Shown here: in pieces, positions 1 through 12,860 of the stretch
Layout: every line of letters starts with the position of its first letter
How positions within the stretch are numbered: position 1 is the first letter of the stretch
Assembly (NCBI GenBank): GCA_964016885.1
Contig: OZ024741.1
Location: 27,590,001-27,654,000 of the forward strand
Reading direction: 5' to 3'
DNA: 64,000 bases
DNA from: Eledone cirrhosa
Taxonomy: Eukaryota
The notes under the pieces: model-generated
Database searches by the model: none
The model's input: the letters and a program-made list of their open reading frames with translations, nothing else
Told to the model about the DNA's origin: nothing
Made by a program: the position numbers and the translations under genes

Positions 1-487
1 AGTCCCAGATGACAGAGCTCTTGTTCCAACAGCTAGTCCCAGATGACAGAGCTTTTGTTTCAACAGCTAGTCCCAGATGACAGAGCTCTTGTTCCAATAG
101 CTAGTCCCAGATGACAGAGCTTTTGTTTCAACAGCTAGTCCCAGATGACAGAGCTCTTGTTCCAACAGCTAGTCCCAGATGACAGAGCTCTTGTTCTAAC
201 AGCTAGTCCCAGATGACAGAGCTCTTGTTCCAACAGCTAGTCCCAGATGACAGAGCTTTTGTTTCAACAGCTAGTCCCAGATGACAGAGCTTTTGTTTCA
301 ACAGCTAGTCCCAGATGACAGAGCTCTTGCTCCAACAGCTAGTCCCAGATGACAGAGCTCTTGTTCTAACAGCTAGTCCTAGATGACAGAGCTCTTGTTC
401 CAACAGCTAGTCCCAGATGGCGGAGCTCTTGTTGTTTCAACAGCTAGTCCCAGATGGCGGAGCTCTTGCTCCAACAGCTAGTCCCAA
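1..487. repeat. 34/35-bp minisatellite
   Basis: Unit agtcccagatgacagagctcttgttccaacagct, ~14 copies, runs off left edge. Confidence 0.97.
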
Positions 488-958
488 ACTAGAACTAGCT
501 GTTGAAACATACTCTACTTTCCCAAGTATCGACTACTCTGTTGAGTAGTGGTTTAACTAGTTTTAAATTGGTTCTATCCTGATTTAACTTGATCAATATT
601 GTGATGTCTAAAACTTAACTTAACAAAGGTTCTTCTGATATAAATTTATGATGAAAGGTTTCTAGCTAAATATAAACATTTTAAAATAAGCAAATTTGTG
701 TTGTAGAACCAGTGTCAGTTTGAAGTGGTTTGGTATAAGAACGGTTAATTGATTAGACCCTTCCCGAAAAGTTGTGGCCTTGTGATTAAGTTAGGAATGG
801 TCCCACATTTTAGAGGAGTATATAAGTTGAGAGAGAATCAAGTCCAGTACTAAACTGGAACCTCATTTATTGGCCTCAATCTATCCAACGTTCTAATGAC
901 TCTGCTAGTTCGCCATCTTATTTTACATTAGCAAATGAATAAAAGGTGCATTACAAAC

Positions 959-1051
959 CAAGAGATTTTCATAGGAAAGTTTTCTTCTTGCAATAAACTC
1001 AGTGTGAGGCAGAGGAAGTTGAGGAAATGTTTCAAGACTCTGAGGCACCAA
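959..1051 (-). CDS. CFAP221: CFAP221 exon ([10 protein letters not shown]...SYENLL)
   Basis: ctttttag acceptor, gtttgt donor, 93 nt in frame; weaker donor. Confidence 0.72.
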
Positions 1052-3808
1052 CTAAAAAAGATTCAACAAGGAAAACAAACATAAATAAAAAAGAATAACA
1101 CTATTATTATTATTATTAAAATAGGGTGGTGAATTGGCAGTATCGGTAGAGGGTTGAACGCCATGCTTTCTAGCATAGTTACGTCCCTTTACAGTCTGAG
1201 TTCAAATCCCGCCGAGGTTAACTTTGCCTTTCATCCTTACGGGGTCGATAAAATAAAGTACCAGTAATGCACTGGGTAATTGCTGGCCTTGTGCCTAACG
1301 TAGAAACAATTATTATTATTATTAAATATCATGACTAAATATTGTACAAGTGCCTGAGCATTCCACGTCCACATAACATACAACATTAATGTAATTATCA
1401 GGGAGACATGACGCAATGTGTGACATGACTAGTCCTTTCAATTAGACAATTAGAGGTACAGTCCATCTGGTCGGCCCCAAAATAGTTTCAAGCTTCCTAA
1501 TTTTACTCACAATGCACAGGTTAACTCGAGGCTACCCAAGGTGCCATGCAATGGGATTGAACCTGGTGCCTAATGATTGTAAAGGGAATTTCTTAAATAT
1601 TCAGCCACACATACATACCTAACTACCTACGTACATAGGAAGATACATACAAACATACATAACCATGCAACACACATGAAAATCATTTAGATCAAGTGAT
1701 ACCTGTGCATGAAGCTTTTTTAAGTGAAGGAAGGCCTTACACTGGACCAACCCCACTCTCTGAACAATGGTGACAGGTATCCAAAAAGAAGAACAGGTCA
1801 ACATTATTGGCTGCCATTGAGTTGCAGGTTTTACATCAGAGTTTTCCTTCTCCTGGAATGATGCCCTAACAAGGATCAGGGGTCTTTTTCTCTAGAGTGA
1901 CAGTGGTAAAATGTAGCCCAGTACAACCTCTCACATGGTTGGGTCATGGATGACTAAACCGGCAACCCCATCAAGCTTGCTTGGTGAGGTGGGTGATTTT
2001 TGGACACCCTGCAGGATGAAAAACAAAACCTGTCAAAGAGCAGAGGAACTCAGGAGGGATGGATGGATGAATGGATACATACACACACACGCGTACATAT
2101 ACATACATGCAAAGAATAAATTAATTTTTAAAAAAAATTATTTCCTTCTCAGCAGAGTTACTTCAGGTAGGGCTGTTACTTCTCCAAATTGAGAGATCAC
2201 AGCTCCAATACTACAGGCATGTGGTTAGAATATCTCAGGAAAGTACAATGAAGTAATAAATATAAAAATATAAAATTACCTTTGTGTTCTCTTCAGGATG
2301 ATTAGAATAGACAAAAGAGTTTAAACAAACTCTCGAAGGAATACCATCCGATACTAACTGGTAGTTCTTCTTCATTTCTTTTTTGAATCTTTCATTTTGT
2401 TGGTAGTCAGCTGTAATTAAGACAATAGTTAGAGATATTCCAAAATCATCATCATCATCACCATTTAACGTCTATTCCATGCTTGCATGAGTTGTATGAG
2501 ACAGGTGTGGCCAGTTGGCCATGTTGTACCTTGCTCAATCCAAACTGTATTGTGGCTGGGAGTTTTACAGCAGGATGCTCTCCCTAATACCAACCACAAT
2601 AATATATATAAGATGCGAGAAAAAACAAAAAAAACCTCCATCTCCACTCTACTTTTGAAAAGAATAAGAACTGTGAAACCGGTAATGGAAACAAATAAAT
2701 ATTCTTAAAAAGACTCGTTGCATTTTCGATTTCATATTTTTTCCTGATATATATGTATATATATATATTCATTAGTTAAGCAAAACAAGACTACAGATTT
2801 CACAAGGAAGACATTATTAAAAGATTGTCAACATATTTTAGTTTGATGTAAGGAATGTAGAGAATAACAATAATAATATAATAATTGTTTCTACTTTAGG
2901 CACAAGGCCAGCAATTACCCAGTGCATTACTGGTACTTTATTTTATCGACCCCGTAAGGATGAAAGGCAAAGTCAACCTCGGCGGGATTTGAACTCAGAT
3001 CGTAAAGGGACGTAACTATGCTGGAAAACATGGCGTCCGACGCTCTACCGATACTGCCAATCCACTGTCCGTTTACAATTGTTTCACTACTCCATATAAT
3101 ATTTCTGGATCAAATGATTATATATCATTATTGATCTGGTTCAGTTGAAAATAATTAACATAGGTAAAAATAGAGCAGCTCATCGGAACTTCAAAAGGAA
3201 TATAAATTAAAATAAGGAAAGAATGTTACATAAATGTAATGATAGGCAGATCTCACACAATGCAGCCTCGACAGAAGAATACTGCTCCACTATGGCAGAC
3301 AATTGATATACCCAGGACACCATAGTGAAATACCAACATATGGAACATTACATTTATGTAACATTCTTTCCTTATTTTAATTTATATTCCTTTTGAAGTT
3401 CCGATGAGCTGCTCTATTTCTACCTATGTTAATTATTTTCAACTGAACCAGATCAATAATGATATATAATCATTTGATCCAGAAATATTATATGGAGTAG
3501 CGAAACAATTGTAAACGGACATTATTATTAATATTATTATTATTATTCTCTACATTCCTTACATCAAACTAAAATATGTTGACAATCTTTTAATAATGTC
3601 TTCCTTGTGAAATCTGTAGTCTTGTTTTGCTTAACTAATGAATATTTCCAGCTCTGCGCACCTAACTTCTGCATGAACCCAGCCACCTAGCTGCCTTCCA
3701 CTGTATATTGCACATTGAGCACATGTCTTTACGCTTTGGCTTCTAACTAATTCACCAATCTCTCCTCTCCTATCTCCATCTCTCTCTTTAAGATTGGTTA
3801 CTCTTGAA

Positions 3809-3859
<51 letters not shown>

Positions 3860-4535
3860 GTAGTGGTGGTGGTGGTGGTGGTTGTAGTAGTAGTAGCAGT
3901 AGTAGTAGTAACTAACCAATAGCATCAGGGCCACATTTCTTTGGTGCCCATCTTTCAACGAGGTTCTTCAAAACATTCAACCGTCCTAAGTATCGGTTCC
4001 GTATGATCACCTGAAAATGGTGGAAAATGGTTCATGTTTCAATACAAGTGTGAATGTTTGTGTTAGTGCATTACTGTATTTAGGCAGGTGTATTTGTGTG
4101 CATATATATGTGTGTGTGTGTATATGTATATATATATATATATATATATAAAATTAGGATTGGTACTCTGAAATAGCGATGTATACATGAATGTATGTAT
4201 AGTATATCTGGCAATATACCGCATGTTTAATTAAAAACAGAGCACCAATCCTAATTTTCAATTTTTGCTGGACCGGCATTCGCTCTGTATAATCAGTTCC
4301 TGATTATTACTGGAATTCTATAAGAATCCAGCCTCTATAGTTTTCAACAAAGGTCGGTGAGTGCTAAGCTCTGATGAACACCACAGTATCAAACAGATCT
4401 GTCAGCTTATCTCCCTTCCCTTGTTGAAAAAAGAAGTAAGTGACATAGTCACTACTTTAAAATAATAGCGCAAGGTCTTCAAAATGTTTTTAATTAAACA
4501 TACAGTATATCGCCAGATATACTATACATACATTC

Positions 4536-4573
<38 letters not shown>

Positions 4574-4622
4574 ATGTGTGTGTGTATATATATGTGTGTG
4601 TATATATATATATATGTGTGTG

Positions 4623-4657
<35 letters not shown>

Positions 4658-7600
4658 ATACATATATCATCATCAGCAGAAGCAGCACACCATCTCAGAT
4701 TCCCCTTAAACCCATTTTCTCCCTCAGTTCATTCAAGCTCTGCCTTTCCCTCACACTTACATTCCACATCCAATAAAACATGGCTGTTTCATGTCTCTCC
4801 AGTCACAGCCCATGTTATACTACCATGTAGCATCACACTTCACACATCCAATAAAACATGGCTGCTTCATGTCTCTCCAGTCTATACATGTCCTCTGCAG
4901 TCACAGCCCATGTTATACTACCATGTAGCATCACACTTCACACATCCAATAAAACATGGCTGCTTCATGTCTCTCCAGTCTATACATGTCCTCTGCAGTC
5001 ACAGCCCATGTTTTACTCCCATGCAGCACTGCACACCTCACATACAGGTGTCATACAACCTTCCTTTTGTATTTAGAGAGAAACCTTTTGTTGTCAGCAG
5101 TGGGCGCAGTTCTCTAAACTTCATCCATCCTATCCTTATTCTAACTATTAAACACTCGGTGCACCCCACCCACTTTTGCTGCTAATTAGTTCACCTAGAT
5201 AGTAGAAGCTATCAACCATTATCTATAGATCCTTCCCGCCGAGGTTGACTTTGCCTTTCATCCTTACGGGGTCGATAAAATAAAGTACCAGTAATGCACT
5301 GGGTAATTGGTGGCCTTGTGCCAAAAGTAGAAACAATTATCTATAGATCCTTCCTGTGACTGGAAAAGATTTATATCATTAGCACCCTTCCCCTCAATTT
5401 CTTCTGTACATCTTCTACAGGCAAAGATCTCCCCTTCTGTTTGTCTACTCGTTACCCCACTACATCTTTGAAGAAGGAAGAGGAGGAGGAGGAAGAGGAG
5501 GAGTAGGAGGAGGAGGAGGAGATCTCCCCTTCTGTTTGTCTACTCGTTACCCCACTACATCTTTGAAGAAGGAGGGGGAGGATGGGGGGGTGAACCTGGG
5601 GCTTGAATAGGGACTCTGAAAAGATTGCTCACCTTATGCGCAGCTTGAATAAACCTCGACTTTATAGCCAACTTCAGTCCCCAAAAATTATTTTTATGTG
5701 GATTAAAATCAGCCAGCTCTTGGGGGATCTGATATAAAAATAAAATTAAAATATTTTCAAAATTGCATGTTTATTTTAATATAACTCTTATTGTCCTGTA
5801 TCACATGAAACCACATAAGCAAGACATTCTTGATAAATACAAAACAGCCCTATGACTAAATCACATTTAAAATTGAAGTTTCTACTTTAGTTTACTGTAA
5901 ATTTTCACAGGCTATTCACTAGTGAAAAAATACCATATTTCCCGGTGTCGAAGATATTATTTTTTCCCTAAAATAAGTCTTGAAAATCTTCCATATGTCC
6001 CAGAAGCCAATGGTTGTGTTTCTCATAGGCATCATTTTCCTAATCCCAGAGGAAAATTATCTCTGCTAGACAGTAATCTGAACTCCTGTATATGACCTCT
6101 CAATGAAGTGTATAAATTAAACTTAGTTAAAGTAGTAAACAAAATATCATTAAAAATAAGGTAACAAAATCCAAATTGTTGGGACTTTATTGTTTTTTAA
6201 ATCTTTGGTTGTCAAAATTGGGGTGCATCCTGTCTTATAGTCCAGCAGTCGCAAGCAGTGGGAGGGACCGTGCTGACGAAGGCTAGTTAAGCCTGAAATG
6301 CATAGACGGTTGTCCCCCTTGCTTCTGCTGGACATCACCAGAGGGCGTTAGGAATAAGTGGGCAAGGAAGAAGTTAGTTATATCACTAAATACCTCCAAA
6401 CAGTTGATTATTTTCAAAACTATTTAAAAATCATAGGCTGTGTCCTTCATTAGAAATATGGTAATGAAATGGTTACTGAAATAAACTGTCTTTCATTAGA
6501 AATATGGCAATGAAAGGGTTAATGACATAGACAGTGTCTTTCATTAGAAATATGGTAATGAAAGGGTTAATGACATAGACAGTGTCTTTCATTAGAAATA
6601 TGGTAATGAAAGGGTTAATGACATAGACAGTGTCCTTCATTAGAAATATGGCAATGAAAGGGTTAATGACGTAGACAGTGTCTTTCATTAGAAATATGGT
6701 AATGAAAGGGTTAATGACATAGACAGTGTCCTTCATTAGAAATATGGTAATGGAAGGGTTAATGACATAGACAGCGTCTTTCATTAGAAATATGGCAATG
6801 AAAGGGTTAATGACATAGACAGTGTCTTTCATTAGAAATATGGTAATGAAAGGGTTAATGACATAGACAGTGTCCTTCATTAGAAATATGGTAATGGAAG
6901 GGTTAATGACATAGACAGCATCTTTCATTAGAAATATGGTAATGAAAGGGTTAATGACAGACAGTGTCTTTCATTAGAAATATGGTAATGAAAGGGTTAA
7001 TGACATAGACAGTGTCTTTCATTAGAAATATGGTAATGAAAGGGTTAATGACATAGAGTGTCCTTCATTAGAAATATGGTAATGGAAGGGTTAATGAGAT
7101 AGACAGCGTCTTTCATTAGAAATATGGTAATGAAAGGGTTAATGACAGACAGTGTCTTTCATTAGAAATATGGTAATGAAAGGGTTAATGACATAGACAG
7201 TGTCTTTCATTAGAAATATGGAAATGAAAGGGTTAATTACGTAGACAGTGTCTTTCTTAAGAAATATGATAATGAAAGGGTTAATGACATAGACAGTGTC
7301 TTTCATTAGAAATATGGTAATGAAAGGGTTAATGACATAGACAGTGTCCTTCATTAGAAATATGGTAATGAAAGGGTTAATGACATAGACAGTGTCTTTC
7401 ATTAGAAATATGGAAATGAAAGGGTTAATTACGTAGACAGTGTCTTTCTTAAGAAATATGATAATGAAAGGGTTAATGACATAGACAGTGTCTTTCATTA
7501 GAAATATGGTAATGAAAGGGTTAATGACATAGACAGTGTCCTTCATTAGAAATATGGCAATGAAAGGGTTAATGACGTAGACAGTGTCTTTCATTAGAAA

Positions 7601-10600
7601 TATGGTAATGAAAGGGTTAATGACATAGACAGTGTCTTTCATTAGAAATATGGCAATGAAAGGGTTAATGACATAGACAGTGTCTTTCATTAGAAATATG
7701 GTAATGAAAGGGTTAATGACATAGACAGTGTCTTTCATTAGAAATATGGTAATGAAAGGGTTAATGACATAGACAGTGTCCTTCATTAGAAATATGGCAA
7801 TGAAAGGGTTAATGACGTAGACAGTGTCTTTCATTAGAAATATGGTAATGAAAGGGTTAATGACATAGACAGTGTCCTTCATTAGAAATATGGTAATGGA
7901 AGGGTTAATGACATAGACAGCGTCTTTCATTAGAAATATGGCAATGAAAGGGTTAATGACATAGACAGTGTCTTTCATTAGAAATATGGTAATGAAAGGG
8001 TTAATGACATAGACAGTGTCCTTCATTAGAAATATGGTAATGGAAGGGTTAATGACATAGACAGCATCTTTCATTAGAAATATGGTAATGAAAGGGTTAA
8101 TGACAGACAGTGTCTTTCATTAGAAATATGGTAATGAAAGGGTTAATGACATAGACAGTGTCTTTCATTAGAAATATGGTAATGAAAGGGTTAATGACAT
8201 AGAGTGTCCTTCATTAGAAATATGGTAATGGAAGGGTTAATGAGATAGACAGCGTCTTTCATTAGAAATATGGTAATGAAAGGGTTAATGACAGACAGTG
8301 TCTTTCATTAGAAATATGGTAATGAAAGGGTTAATGACATAGACAGTGTCTTTCATTAGAAATATGGAAATGAAAGGGTTAATTACGTAGACAGTGTCTT
8401 TCTTAAGAAATATGATAATGAAAGGGTTAATGACATAGACAGTGTCTTTCATTAGAAATATGGTAATGAAAGGGTTAATGACATAGACAGTGTCCTTCAT
8501 TAGAAATATGGTAATGAAAGGGTTAATGACATAGACAGTGTCTTTCATTAGAAATATGGAAATGAAAGGGTTAATTACGTAGACAGTGTCTTTCTTAAGA
8601 AATATGATAATGAAAGGGTTAATGACATAGACAGTGTCTTTCATTAGAAATATGGTAATGAAAGGGTTAATGACATAGACAGTGTCCTTCATTAGAAATA
8701 TGGCAATGAAAGGGTTAATGACGTAGACAGTGTCTTTCATTAGAAATATGGTAATGAAAGGGTTAATGACATAGACAGTGTCTTTCATTAGAAATATGGC
8801 AATGAAAGGGTTAATGACGTAGACAGTGTCTTTCATTAGAAATATGGTAATGAAAGGGTTAACAATTTACCTGATTGTACTGCCGCATTGTTCTTCTGGA
8901 TATACATTGGGTTTCCATTAAATAGTTCTCAGTATTAGGTTTAAATTTGCACTAGCAAGAATAAAACAAAATAAAGGCGTTCTAGAACCACAGAAACCTC
9001 TCAGCAAATAAACAAAACAAGAAGTAAAAATAAAGAATATGTAATACAGCTGCAGTCTACTGACTGAAACAAGAAAAACAATAAAAGAATATAAATATAT
9101 ATAACTTTGATAGGTTTCAGCCAGTATTGGCCCAGGCCATGCCTAACTTAATAGCACCACTTGGCGAAGTCTTTCAAATCAGGATTTGGACACCATGGCC
9201 CACTCAAGTAGAGAGTTATTATTTACAGAGACATATCCAGGTGTGTACCCAATATTTACATTGTGTACATTGTATGGAGTTTATGCCTACTCCCTTTCTA
9301 CATATTGAAGGAATCAGAGTCCTATCTTCTCTCCAACTCACTTTAGTTTACTCTTAGGCCATTTGATTCTAAATTCTGTTTTCATAGTTGGAACTTATGG
9401 TTTAGGTTTTTAATGGATTTGACTATAAGGACCAAAGAAGTTCCCATGGGCAGCTGGTCTTAAACTCCTCTGTTATAGTCTGGCAGACTATAATGAATAG
9501 TAGTGGGCTAAGAACCGAACCTTGAATTCCTCACTCAACTCATTTCCTACACTCACTTTGCTGACAGCTCCTCTGTACATGACTTGCACTGTTCTCACCA
9601 ACCATTTTTTTACAGCTAATCCCCTTAAGGACTATCAGATAATAGATCATGGTACTTTGTCAATGCTTTTTCTAGGTCAACGGAAACTAGGTATTATGGC
9701 TTATTTTTAGCTAAGAACTTCTCTTGTAGTTATCTTAGAAGAGGGCATATGTAATATTTTTCCCAGGCATAAAACTCAACTGCATCTCATCTAATTTGAT
9801 TCTTTCTTTAATTAGTTGCACTATAACTCTGTCCATCTCTTTCATAACTTGGTCAATTAGCTTTACTTCTCTATAGTTGCTCCTCTCTAGAGCATCACCT
9901 TTGCCCGTGTAGCAATTTACGATTGTACTGCTGTGCCAGTCATTGGGTTTGATACCATCCTTTATTACCTGATTGACTATGTGGGTTACTAGTTTGACTC
10001 CTACTTCTCCTGATGCTTTTAGCACCTCAGCAGATATATATATACATACATACTCACATATATCCATAATTTGTACAAATGATATTACATCATCTGCTAC
10101 CAATGGTTTCATGATCTCATAGAGTTTACAAACACACAAGTGGTAAAGAGCAGTGACTACTTAGATTAATATATTTACAAACTGCATTTGTTGATGGATG
10201 TCTGGTTCTGACATTGAATGTTCTAGTTGAACAAACAATGAAATTAATGCACAAATAACTGAGCATTCTAGATATGTGTGCTTTTTGTGTAGCTCTCAGG
10301 GAGATCCAGCATGACACAGTATATGACAAGGCTGTTCCTTGAATTACAACTGAATGAACTGGAGAATGTTCATATTTGAATATATAACATGACTTAGCAG
10401 TTCAACAAATGCAGATCGATAGAAACAAGTGTTGAAGTCAATGATATGATCATCTAAATCCCTTCAAAGCAGTGCCCCAGCATAGACACAATTTCATGAC
10501 TGAGATCAATAAATACTAATATTAGTAAAATTTCAAATTCTTACCTTATAGGCTTCCCAGAGCCATTTCCAGTGCACCCGTTCCATGATCTTGGATTCTG

Positions 10601-12822
10601 GACTCATTGGATCATCACCGACTTTCTTCTGCCAACGTAACTGATTTTGCCGTTCTTCAATGATCAACTGTTGTATGGATTTCTCAAAGGCAACTGCCTT
10701 AAATAGAAGACCATTGCAATTTGAATTATACAAGTGTGTATGTGTACATATATATAAAGAATTCAAAGTTTGAAAGCCACGACAATGGGGGTTTCGACAG
10801 AAAATAATTAAATCGTAAGAAACACGGGTTGTTTTTTTACCTTAATTTATTCGTATGTCCTGATATTTCGAGATTAATATCTCTTCTTCCGAGGAAAAGG
10901 AACTATAAATAATGGTTTCTGATTTAGGCACAAGGTCAACAATTTTTTGGAGGAGGGGAAGCCGATTGAATCGACCCCAGTACATTACTGGTACTTTGTT
11001 TTATCGACCCCGTAAAGATGAAAGGCAAAGCTAACCTCAGCAGGATTTGAACTCAAATCGTAAAAGATCGTAACTCTATGCCGCAAAGCATGTTGTCCAA
11101 CACTTTACCGATACAGCCAATCTACTGTCCTCAAAGGAACTATAAATAATAGTTTCTTATATAGGCACAAGGCCAGCAATTTTGGGGGAGGGGAAAGTCG
11201 ATTAAATACAATGCGTGACTGGTACTTTATTTTATCGACCTCGTAAGGATGAAAGGCAAAGTTAACCTTGGTAGGATTTGAACTCAGATCAGAAAGGGCC
11301 GTAAGTTGCAAAGCATGGCGCCCGACCCTCTACCGATACTGCCAATCCATCGCCCTAAAGGAACTATAAATAATTGTTTCTACTTTTTGGCACAAGGCCA
11401 GCAATTAACCAGTGTATTACTGGTACTTTATTTTATCGACTCTGTAAGGATGAAAGGCAAAGTTAACCTCGGCGGGATTTGAACTCAGACCATAAAGGGC
11501 CATTAACTCTTTGCTGCAAAGCATGGCGTCCGACCTTCTACCGATAATGCCAACCAACTGCCCCATTTTTTTTTTTTTTTCTTAGCAGAACTAGGAACTA
11601 TAAATAATAAAAGCATTTCCGGCCAGCATGGTATAGCAAGCCACATCAGACACAGGAATAGTTCCTCGGAAGAAGAGATATTAATCTCAAAATATCAGGA
11701 CATATGAATAAATAAACAATACTTCAAGTAAACTACAAATTCCTTCTATATATATATATATATATGTTTATACCGGGTTCAATCAGGGGTAACCACAGTA
11801 AGTAAGGTACTCAATACATAGCAGAGTATAAATATTTGATATATCTCATATAGAAATGGCTTCTACAGAACTAGAACTATTTCATTCGGGAGAAATCATC
11901 AGGGTTTCCTGAATGAAACAGTTCTAGTCCTGTAGAAGCCATTTCAATATTAAATATATATATATCTATATATTTAAAACAAAGAATGTCTGTCTGTCTC
12001 TTTGACTCCCTAAAACTCGAGAACCACCCAACCGATTTTTTTCAAACTTTACACATGTAACACTTATGGTCCTGTGAGTGTGTTAAGCAAAAATATTTCA
12101 AATTTTCAATGCCCTAGGGACCGCATTAGGTGCTGTTTAGCGATCTCTCTATCTTTCTTAGTCTGTCTTTTTAGATAGATACATAGCTATAATGTCGCGC
12201 CATTATAATATCTGCCTATGTCTGGCTGTCTGCATTACATTATGACGCTATATGTGTGTCATCATCATCATCATCATCATCACCATTTTACGTCCGTTCT
12301 TCCACGCTAGCATGGGTTAGACGGGTTGTCCTGTTGTGGGCAGTGTCCGGTCGGCTGACCTTGTCTTGCTCATACGGGGACTGATTCTGGCTTGATTTCT
12401 ACAGTCCTTCCTAACACCAACCTCATTTACAGTGAGTGCTGGGTGCTTTTTTCCGTGGCACCTCCACGACCACTTTACGGTGTGGGCTGAGTGCTTTTTT
12501 TTCCGGGGCACCTCCACGACCACTTTACAGTGTGGGCTGAGTGTTTTTTTCCGTGGCACCTCCACGACCACTTTACAGTGTGGGCTGAGTGTTTTTTTCC
12601 GTGGCACCTCCACGACCACTTTACAGTGTGGGCTGGGTGCTTTTTTGCCGTGGCTCCTCCACGACCACTTTGCAGTGGGAGAGTGTGGGGGCATATTGTC
12701 TATATGCTTCAGCTTCGGCTTGTACCCATGGGGGATCGGGTCTTCTGTATTACTGCGTGTCGCCAGAGATCACGGTAGTGTGTCATCACCTTTGAGTGTG
12801 TGTGTGTATATATGTATATATA

Positions 12823-12860
<38 letters not shown>

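Noticed and set aside
1124-1215. Possible tRNA genes (A/B boxes here and at 48850, 63160)
   Set aside because: No complete cloverleaf; each continues into a multi-copy SINE body and tail.
2630-2700. Additional hammerhead (GAAAC-cg-GTA-atgga with upstream tccat)
   Set aside because: The CTGANGA half of the core cannot be found; too degraded to call.
6473-8836. Repetitive ORFs [16 protein letters not shown]
   Set aside because: Translation of the 48-bp satellite; broken by 2-4-bp deletions.
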